In this document: one piece after another, positions 53,530 to 64,000 of the stretch
Numbering within the stretch: the stretch's first letter is position 1
Layout of the letters: every line of letters begins with the position of its first letter
Source: the human T2T-CHM13v2.0 reference genome, Homo sapiens
Reading direction: 5' to 3' (one strand)
DNA length: 64,000 nucleotides
NCBI RefSeq assembly: GCF_009914755.1
Contig: NC_060927.1
Made by a program: the position numbers and the translations under genes
The notes under the pieces: generated by a model
Seen by the model: the letters and a program-made list of their open reading frames with translations, nothing else
The model's database searches: none
Told to the model about the DNA's origin: nothing

Positions 53530-55110
53530 TTTTTAAGTTAAAAAAAACTCTCATATGGAGAAATATAAAACATAAATGTACAATTGAGCAAATTATCCCA
53601 AAGAACACTCATGTAACCACCACCCAGGTCAAAGAAAACTGCCAACATTCAAAAACCGCTTATGCCTCTGCTCAACCCCACACCATCTCCCAACCCCTAA
53701 AGCTAGCTACTACTATAATTTCTACACTACACCTTAGATCTGCCTACTTCTGAATTTTATATAAATGGAATCATATAATATGTATTCTTTTGTATTTGAT
53801 TTCCTTCATTCAACATTCTGCTTGTGAGATCATCCTTTAATTCATTTTCTAATTTTTATTTCATTTGGTAATAATTGCTAGTATTAGAAATACAATCTAT
53901 TTTTGTATTTATCCTTCTGTTTGACAAGCTTATTAAATTCACTTATAAAATCTAATTACTTGGGAGTTTCCACTAACATAATAATGAGAGCTTTATCCTT
54001 TCTTTCCAGTGATTTTGCACTAGATGGGACTTTCCGTACAATGTTGAACAGATATGGAGATAACAGCATCCGGGTCTTGTTCCTGATCTCAGAAGGCAAG
54101 CTTTCAACATTGTCCCCATTAATATGATATCTATTTGCTGTTGGCTTTTTTGTAGATATGTAGATTCTATAGAAACTTTTGTAGATTAAGGAAGTCCCTT
54201 TAGATAGTTAGTTATAAACATGAATGGATGTTGAATTTCAGCATCAACTGAGATAATCATTTGATTTTTCTCTTTGGTTATGAATCATACCAATTTATTT
54301 TCAAATACCAAGCCAAACTTACATTTCTCTTGCAGTCTGTAAATGGCAATATTTGTCTTTTAAAAACACACTTTTTATTAAAGTGTAGCATACATATGCA
54401 TATATAACAGCAGATGCACAAATCATACATGTAGAGTTTGATGAATTTTTAAAATTTGAACACCTCGCTAAAAAACAGCTCTCAAATAAAGTAAGAGAAG
54501 ATTACCCGCCCACAAAAACTCTATACATGCCTCTTTCCAATCACTACCCCAGAGGTGATCACTATCCTGACATCTAACACAATGTATTCATTATGACTGT
54601 GTGTGAAGTTTTTATAAATGGAATTGTATAGAAGGTGCCTGAGGTTTTCTGTTTAAAATTTTGTTTATTAGATTCTCCAATGTTGTTCCATAAAGAAATA
54701 GCTCTTACATGCTCACTTCTGTATAATCTTTATGTATGTGAGTGTACCAAAGTTACCTGTCTATTCTATTGGTAATAGATATTTTGGTCGTTTCTAACTT
54801 GGGGTTATTACAATGGTGCTGAAGCGAACATATGTATTCTTTTCTGTTGGTCATGTACTTAGGAATGGAGTTTTACAGCATATGACTACGTTCTGCTTTA
54901 GAAAATTCTGCTAGTTTTCCAAAGTTAATTGTAGCAATTCATATTCCCACCAATGTATATGAGAGTTCTAGCTGCTTCACATCCTTGCCAACACTGCCAT
55001 TGTCTGTCTTTTTCATTTCAGCCACTCTGTTTGGGAATGTCTTTTGTCCATTGTTTGATTATTTGGTAAGGCTTTTTCTCATTGGCGGATAGTTCTTTCA
55101 ATATTCTTCA
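53530..55110 (-). mobile_element. Antisense L1ME-type fragments
   Basis: TTTTATATAAATGGAATCATA; CATTCCCACCAA-like and ACATCCTTGCCAACACT strings. Confidence 0.65.
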
Positions 55111-57330
55111 GAGTCACCATTTCCCTCCACTTGCCTCTGTGAGGGAGCCCAGGGCTCCTCCTCCCTCAGCTCTTCTAAGCCCAGATGAAGCCTGGCCCTT
55201 CTGAGCACATCCCAAGGCCACACCTGCATTCTAGGCGACTCCCTTGTCCCTTTGATTCACTGGGTAGTCTGGTGCCTGAAAGGCAGGGTCAGTGATGAGA
55301 GTGGTTAAACATCGCAGGCAGGGGAGTTTGAAACCAGCTCTACCTCTTCCCCACTCCCCAGATCTAGCCACGTCATTCAGCCTGTCTCAGCTTCAGTGTC
55401 CCCATGTGAAAATAGGAATACTAAAAGCATCTCCCTCATAAAATTGTTAGAACTTAATGAAGTAACTTATAAAGATGCTTAGAACAGTGCCCAGCACATA
55501 GGGGCTGCTCAATCGATATTTTTTGAACGAAGGAATGGGTGTGTGAATTAATAAATGAATGGATGTAAGATTTTCAGTACAAGGCCAAACCATACAGTGA
55601 AAACTCAGTCAATATTAACTATTATTGTTATTGTTTCCATGCATTTCTGGGCCCCGTTGTGAGCCAGAACCTATGCAGAGTCCTGGGAATCTGCAAAGAG
55701 TTCCCTTTCCCCAGGCGGCTCCAGTTGAGTCACAATCCAACAGAAGGTGTTAGCAAAGGCAAGTTCACCCTACAGGGAGGACAGAGGGCCGAGCGGGAGC
55801 CACTTTCCCCAGTCTTCCTCCTCAAGCTAACCCAGCAGCGTGCCCCAGCCCTTTTACAGACATCTGTCTTTGTGATTCCTTGGGCCCCTCTCCACACCCA
55901 CACTCCTTATGCCCACATTCTGTCCTGTTATCTGCAACCCTTTGTAACTCTTTCACTCCTCTCTCTTTTATGACGTCCACTTCTCTCTCCAGTTCTCTGT
56001 CTCTCTCACCATCATGCCCTCTTCCCGCCCCACTGCCCTGAGACTTTTCCTAATGGCCCCTCTCAGCAGCCTGGGCAGCCTCCTTGAATTTCTGCTCACC
56101 AGTAACCCAGCTGCGTCCCGACTGTCAGTCTTGGCTTTGCTCCACACATCTTCTCTCTCCCCCTCCAAGGGTCTCTGGGCTACAAGGGAAGCTTTCCCAG
56201 AACCCATGTGGCCACTCAGTCACTTCCCCAGAGGCTGAAGGTCGCTATGTTGGTGACAAAGGGCAGGTGACACACTTTGCTCTCCACAGTGCTATCAGCA
56301 GGCATGAGCAGGGTCCCTAGAGAGTGCCAGGGACCAAAGGGTGAGGCCAGGTCCACCCCGCTCTTAACCATCACTCCCCATCTTCCTGGACAGTGCAGCT
56401 GGATGAGGAAGCAGCCGCAGGATGCAACGTAGATGCTAGAGGGCCAAGGGGAGGACAGAAGAGGGTAGGGCAGAAGATGACTGGCAGAATGAGGAACTAG
56501 TGGGTGGGCCTGGGGACCTCGTAGATGAAGCAGAACCTGATGGCTATTTGGAAATGGAGGAAAGAGTCACAAAAGTGAGCAATTTCCAGGATATTTGGAA
56601 ATATTCTGGCTTGAGGTTACTACCTTGAAATAATTTGACCAAGAAAATCAGACACTCTCAGAAAATAATATTTTTTATGCCATTTTACAAATGAGGTCTC
56701 TAAGCCCAGAGAGGGCGTGTGGCCTGCTCAGACCTGACACAGTGCGGCCAGGTAGAATCCAGCTTCCTGACTCCTTGCACTTAGAGGGGTTCCCTCAACT
56801 AAAGCCATCCTCACAGAGCATTTATCCTGGACCAGGTCCTTGTTAGGTACTGGGTCACCAAACTGAGTTACACTCAGTTCTGCCCCCAAGGGCAACAGAC
56901 AAGGGAATAGTCAGTTACCACCATAGGAGATGAGAATGTCCATGGACCACGGTAACAGAAGAAGCATGGAGAACCACGCCTGTGCCCAAGGCTCTGTGCG
57001 TGGTAGGGAATCTGCCTCCCACCTGTGGCAGCTCTGGAGGAGGGGCAGCCTGACCTGTGACAGGCAGGGAAAACCCCATAGCCCCCTCTCTCCCACCCTG
57101 GCATCTTCCAGCAACCTCCACAAAGTGGGTTTGGCCGGAACCAAGTGATTGAGGGGGAGATTACAGGGCCCGGGAATTGTGGGGCCCTGTGGGTACCTAG
57201 AAGACCATCTGCTTTTACTCTGAGGATGTAGGAGCCAAGGCAGAAGGCTGAGAATGGACTGAGAGGCAGAACAAGTGGGGAGCAGAGAGATGATTAGGGA
57301 GGCTCCAGCAGTGACCTGGGAGAGAGATGA

Positions 57331-57652
<322 letters not shown>

Positions 57653-59198
57653 AGAAGTGGCTTTGATTAGGATGTGGCAGTGGAGAAATAGTGAGATGGC
57701 TGGATTCTTGACATATTTTAAAGGAGGAGGTCATGGGATTTGCTTACATTACAAGGGGATGTGGGGTGTGAAGGAGAGAGGTGGATGATGGCACCAAGGT
57801 GTTTGGCCTGAGAAACTAAAAGGAGGTAGTTTCATTAACTGAGATGGGGAAGACTGGGAATAAAGCAGATTGAGGAGGAGGTGGATCAGAAGCTCCATTC
57901 TAATCATGGTAAGACTGACAGACCCCGGACACCCAGGTGGATCGTGGAAGAGCCAGCTCCCTGACTCGCTGCCATTCAGAATGGCATTGTTGCTATAAAA
58001 GCCAAAGTTAGAGGCCTTGAACTTTATTTAAAACTAATTTTTGGACCATGGGCTCATTTTCCTCCAAGAACAATGCCTATTCACACAAATTGCTGTGTCC
58101 AGCTCCTGGGGTTTGTAGAATGCTCTGTATCATGTCCCTGGATTGTTCTCACATTTCCAGAGTTTGGACTCCGCAACCTTCCTAACTACCCTTGAAACCC
58201 CACTCTGATGTTTCCACACCATGCCCATTGTGCCTGTGGTGATGGATTGTCATGCCCTTGGCTGCAGGGACCTGCCACTCTCCTGCCTTATTTCATGCAC
58301 GTTGGTTCCTTCCTTGCTCGTGGACCCAGAGAGGCACTAAAGCTTTTCTCTGCATGGTCCCTATCTGGTGCTGGGCCTGGCTCTGGGAATTTCAAATTAA
58401 AACCTGCTTGTGGTCAATTGTTGACAGCATCATGGCCTTTCCATGAGAGTAATAGCAGGAAATGTGTGTCCCAGCTACAAAGAGGACAATGGCACATTCA
58501 CGGGCCTCAAAAGGGTTTGTGTGCAGCTTTGGACAATGTTGATTTGTTATTTTACGGGTCACTCTGCATTGCCCACCATTGTCAGTACACAAAAGAACGT
58601 ATTGAGACTAGATTTGAGCAGTGAAATACAAGACGTGAGAATTAAACCTAGGAGAGAAGTCTCAAGAAGGAAGCAAAACTTCCTCAAACTAGGCATCTGC
58701 CCCAGGGACAGCCATGCAGCTTCCCCTCCAGGTGGGCCATGGGGGCTGACACATAAAAGACAGCAGCCCTGGACAGCAGGTACACAACTGCCAGTGGAAG
58801 TGCCCCAGCCTCCACCCTCCTCCACTGCTGATAGGCAGCACGGCCCAGCCACACTCCTTGCCCACAGCACTCACAGGCTGTCCCTGCCCTGGTGCATGAT
58901 GTCTCTCCTTGGCCCCTCCAACTCTCAGGGCCATTTGAGTGCAGCCCCCCTCCAGGAAGCTCAGTACCTGCACCTTTGTGACCTCTTCCGTCCTGCAACT
59001 CACCACCCTGCCTGGATCACCCCTGAGCAAGTGGTCCTGTAGAAGTTAGCAACTGCTTATGGAATCCTTTCCTAGGACAATTATCAACTAGGCTGGCCAG
59101 CTTGTTCCCTTAGCCATAGCTTTAATGTCCAGGAAACTGCTGGTCCCAAGATAGGAGGACAAAGTACAAATGAACTTTGCTTTAAAACCCACCAACAG

Positions 59199-59598
<400 letters not shown>

Positions 59599-59684
59599 AA
59601 CCACCAACAGATGTAGAAATTGGTGCAATCACTTTGGAAAACCATTTGGCAGCATCAGTTAAAGCAGGATATGCCTAATGACTA

Positions 59685-60408
59685 ATGTGGGCTGGCAAGT
59701 GCTTAATAACCATCTCTGAAAATAGAGTTCCAACAAGAATATTGGAAAAATATTGAATTATTGAAAAAATAAAAACTATTGAGGTGTTTGTGGTAAAGAG
59801 TAAGAAGAAAGAGAAAAACACTGCACATGTCTCAGAACGTCACCCATTCATCAATGACATAAGCATTTTTTTTCATGAATCAGATAATAGTTTTTTGATA
59901 CTGGAGAAATATTTTCTTACTTTTTATGCGACTCACAATGTCACAGCTATAGAGATGACACACACCTAAGTTTAGTCTGCATTATTAACATTTTCTCAGG
60001 CTGGGCACAGTGACTCATACCTGTAATCCCAACACTTTGGGAGGCCGAGGCAGGTGGATTGCCTGAGCCCAGGAGTTGGAGACCAGCCTGGACAACATGG
60101 AGAAACCCCATCTCTACCAAAAATAAACAAATAAATAAATAAAAATTAGTCTGGCTTGGTGGCGAGCACCTGTAGTTCCAGCTACCAGGGAGGCTGAGGT
60201 GGGAGGATCACCTGAGTCTGGGAGGTTGAGGCTGTAGTGAGCTGTGATCACACCATTGAACTCCAGCCTGGACATTAAAGTGAGACTCTGTCAAAAAAGA
60301 AAGGAGAAGGAAGGGAAGGGAAGGGAAGGGAAGGGAAGGGAAGGGAAGGGAAGGGAAGGGAAGGGAAGGGAAAGGAAAGGAAGGGAGAAAGAGAGAGAAA
60401 GAAAGAAA

Positions 60409-60481
<73 letters not shown>

Positions 60482-61092
60482 AGGAAGGAAGGAAGGAAGG
60501 AAGGAAGGAAGGAAGGAAGGAAGGAAGGAAAGAAAGAGAAAGAAAGGAAGGAAGGAAGGAAGGAAAGAAGGAAAGAGAAAGAAAGAAAGAAAGAAAAAGA
60601 AAGAAAGAAAGAAGGAAGGAAAGAAAGAAAGAAAGAAAGAAAGAGAAAGGGAGGAAGGGAGGGAGGGACAAGAGACAGACAGAGAGAAAGAGAGAGAAAG
60701 AAAACAAAGAAGAAAGAAAAAGAAAGAAAGAAAAACATTTTCTCTATCACTTTCTTAAGTCTAACTTTGGACAATCAACAAAACAATAAACCTATGAAGC
60801 CCTGATTTGTAGCATTTGCCAGTTTCTGTGGTGTAAAAACTCCTCCAATGACTGAGTTCAAGCTGCTGACATGGATGGGTGCCACTGAATTTGGAGTTGG
60901 GAGGAGATGAATGATATTCCACTGTTGTATAACATTCCCACCATACAGATACAATAGGCTGAAATAACCTCAAGAGCCACAGGAATGCAAGGGAAAGGGA
61001 AATCAGAATGGGGGAAAATTTTGCAAATCCCTGACAATGTTAACAGCCAGCTCCCATGAGCCAGAATGAGCCAACTCCAGCACAGCACTGCC
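59685..61092. mobile_element. hAT DNA transposon remnant (MER63/Arthur-like), interrupted by an Alu
   Basis: GCCCTGATTTGTAGCATTTGCC and terminus GAGCCAACTCCAGCACAGCACTG. Confidence 0.45.
59999..60733 (+). mobile_element. AluJ with poly-A tail expanded into a ~440-bp (GAAGG)n/(GAAA)n/(GGAA)n tract
   Basis: TSD AACATTTTCTC at 59987-59997 and 60734-60744 brackets both the Alu and the tract. Confidence 0.92.
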
Positions 61093-61619
61093 TGGAACCC
61101 AGCCTCTCCTCTCCTAGGTGTACGCCCAGCAGAAATGCATACATGTGTACACCAAAAACACAAACAAGAATGTTGATAAGAGCATTGTCCATACATGTCC
61201 CAAATGTCTGTGAGTGGTAGATGGATAAATCAATTGTAATACTATCAACTAAGCAGTGAGAATGAGCTAACTTCTGCTGCCCACGACAATATGGTTGAAT
61301 CTCACATGCATAGTATTGAGCATAAGAGGTTGGACACAAAAGAGCACCTACCACCTGCCTGCATTTATGTGAAGCTCACAAACAGTAAAAATCAGTGCCC
61401 GTGAGGCCACAAGATAGGGGAGTGTTAACCTTGGGGAAGAGGGGCAAGAAAGTGATTAATAGGAGCAAGAGTGGAGCCTGGGGGTGGAAATGTTTCTATT
61501 CCTTGATTTGGGTGGTGATTACACAAAAGTGTTCATTTTGTGATAACTCATCTAGCTACACAAATATTAATTGTGCATGTTTCTATATGTAGGTTAGGTG
61601 TCAGTATAAAGTTTATTTT

Positions 61620-61762
61620 ATTTTATTTAGTTTAAAAAAAAACGGAGACAGGGATCTTGCTATGTTGGCCTGGGTAGCCTCAAACTCCTGGCCTCAAGCA
61701 ATCCTCCTGCCTATGCCTCCCAGAGTGCTGGGACTATAGATGTGAGCTGCTGCACCCTGGCC
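61620..61762 (-). mobile_element. Alu monomer (FLAM-like)
   Basis: Single antisense arm; TSD AAAGTTTATTT. Confidence 0.8.
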
Positions 61763-63111
61763 AAAAGTTTATTTTTAAAAGCCCCCAGCAGGAAGGCATA
61801 CAAATGACTTTGGCCTCATAAATAACCTTGGCACTCCCCAGAGGTGCTGTCCTTGTTTGGGATGTACCAGAGATGCCCTTGGAAGGCCCCCTGGAGGCTA
61901 CAGAGCAAAGCTTTCTTGAAATATGGCCTCCTCCCTCAAATGTCAACCCTTGTCAATGGCTGAAGAGGGAAGGGAGGGGTCGGAGAAGACAAGAGCATGG
62001 AAATTCGTAAATGGACAATAGTCATGATTACCCAAGTCATAGTGGCATAGGTGTTTGAGCTGGGGCCTGGGCTCTGGCTAGCAAAGGGTAAAAACTAGGG
62101 AGGAAAGAAAGAACAAAGTTGTTTGGCAGACTTTGGGGAACATCTTCTGAACACTTACCATAGGATGCTGCTCTGAACACTGCTTGATCCTCAGCCATCT
62201 CCGTGAGGTAGGTCCTGTGACCATAATCCCCATCTCACAGATCAGGACACTGAGGCTTGGGGCAAGATGAAACTGAGGTTCCCTCCAGGCAGCGTCAGGC
62301 CTTAGGGGCTGTGCTGTCCTCACAACACCCCTACCCTTGCTCCCCTAAAAAATTGCATGTCCCTGCTGGGAAGGCAGTGCCAAGAAGGGCCTGGAATGTT
62401 CTGCCAATATCCACCCTCCTCCCATGCTGGAACTGAGCCCTTATGATCTGGGGGCCCCAGCATATTGTTGTCAATCAAAATTAGCTAAACTTGATGAAGC
62501 AAGAACATTAAAAGTGCCCAGAGGAGGAATAAGGAAACAGATGAAAAATGAAGTCAGACATTCCCAGCAGGTGCTAACACCTGAAGGTGTACAGTGTGTC
62601 TCACCCCATGCCCCTACCCACCACCTCGGGGCAGAGAGGTCAATTCTTTCACATCCTTGGGGGCTGCTGGGGAAGAAAGGAAGATGTATGGGCCTGGCCC
62701 TGGGATGATGCCTCCTCCCTGGCCAGCCCCACTGCTTACAGACCCTCTCTGGGACCCGGCTGCTCTCGGAGCAGAGCCAGCTCCTCTGGCTCTGGGAGCA
62801 CCTACCAGGGCTGGGGGAATGAGCCTTCTTCCATTCCTTCTACTCATTAAATTCTGGATCAAGTCAGACCACAGCCCAGGGCCCCAGCTGGAGTTCCAGG
62901 GATCTGGGAAGCCAATAGCAGAAAGCCCAGGGTGCAGCCTGCCCAGCCTGAGGCAGGTGGCTGGCAGGTGATGATAAGGGCTGCTGGAGGGCCCCCACGC
63001 TTTGTTCCCCTCAGTGCCCGCTGTGCTCACTCAGGCCAGCTGTGAAGGCCACGTCACCGTCCACTGGGAAGTGAGGCGGAGCTCCCTGCTGGAGAGCCAG
63101 AATGGGCGGGA

Positions 63112-63245
63112 ATGCAGGTACTGCTGGCACTCCCAGAGGGAGGGAAGGTGGGGAGCTCGGCTGAGGGGAAGTTTTCCAGAACTTCCTGGCCCCTCAGAAG
63201 AGCTCCCACCTTCCCTCCCTCTGGGAGTGCCAGCAGTTTCTGCAT
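63112..63245. repeat. Long inverted repeat/hairpin
   Basis: 33-bp perfect stem 63120-63152 / 63205-63237, with further pairing inside and outside. Confidence 0.95.
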
Positions 63246-63676
63246 GGGAAAGAGGAAGCCCTGTATGGCAGGTGTCCACCCACAGTTCGGTGACAGCTGC
63301 TGGTGGAATTGAGGACCATCTGCTTGCTTAGTGCAGTCACAGGAATGCTGAACTCACAGGCTAAGGCTGGGGGCAGGGGCAGAGGCCCCAACATGGCTCC
63401 TAGGGAGAATTGCAGGCTCTCCTCTGAGGAAGAGACTTCAGGAGGTGCCCCAGCCCCAGGAGGCCCTCAACCCTAACCCTTGCCTGTGCCCAGTCACTCA
63501 CTCTTAAAGCATCCATTCACATTGATTAGCTTTATTGCTTCCAGCAAATGTTGACATTCACCCCTGTAAAGTCTTCAAAGCCTTGGGGTCAGGGTTCACC
63601 TCCATATGCAGCAGTTTGTGGCGCATTCATTGTTGCTGCCATTTTCTGGTTTTGGAGACCAAGGCCCAGACAGGTC

Positions 63677-64000
63677 TGAAGGAAATAATGTATACAGTGG
63701 TCCATTTCCAAGACAAAGTGCCTTGAATCGGCTTAGGTCAGCAAACTGCAGAAGAAACAGAATGTACTAGGCTCCTGCTTGGATAGCCAAGGCCTGCTTG
63801 TTGGCCTCCCCTTTCCTCCCCCTTCCGCCACACTTGGTTGCCCTCACCTGAACCAACGAAGTTTAGTCTAAGGTAAAAGTTTAATAGTCTGCAAAATAGC
63901 TTGCTTTGTCTGTTCTTATCAGCCTGCCCAGCTACTTAGGTCATAAGTCAAATACTTAAAGAGCCCCTAAGCTAACCAGGATTGCAATGCATTGTGGGCT
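63677..64000 (+). mobile_element. ERV1-class LTR 5' part (family uncertain), runs off the window
   Basis: Begins TGAAGGAAATAATGTATACAGTGGTCC; resembles MER-series LTRs as I recall them. Confidence 0.5.

Noticed and set aside
58443-59042. 199-aa plus-strand ORF with GNVCPSYKEDNGTFTGLKR, faintly like transferrin-family NxCxPxxKExxxYTGAFR
   Set aside because: The similarity is short and weak, the GT is not in the expected phase, and no neighbouring paralogous exons were seen. A tblastn/HMM search with transferrin domains would be needed to revive it.
60208-60789. Long K/E/R-rich and F/L/S-rich ORFs (138-188 aa)
   Set aside because: Translations of the purine microsatellite and Alu; they lack stops only because of low complexity.

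Overview
Human (primate) genomic DNA carrying the complete lactotransferrin gene (LTF) on the minus strand. I located all 17 coding exons by hand: each has canonical GT-AG ends, and they join into a 2136-nt ORF encoding the 711-aa, four-Arg N-terminal allele. Also visible are the myeloid/estrogen-responsive P1 promoter, the intronic delta-lactoferrin first exon and a candidate upstream L2-derived start exon. Downstream of the gene (1-13.5 kb) lie the 5' end of a HERV-S/HERVL18-type provirus (minus strand) and a decayed HERV-K (HML-6-like) provirus with three nested insertions. The rest is Alu, L1, L2, MER and microsatellite DNA. I see no wholly new biological system. The most unusual signals are a 132-bp locally templated inverted insertion inside an Alu, a long near-perfect hairpin at 63.1-63.2 kb, a tailless 5S rRNA retrocopy, a probable LTR-LTR gene-conversion tract, a second PBS fixed inside both proviral LTRs, and a splice donor regenerated at the N-lobe/C-lobe junction. 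Repeat family names come from recognition, not from a database search, and all counts are by hand.
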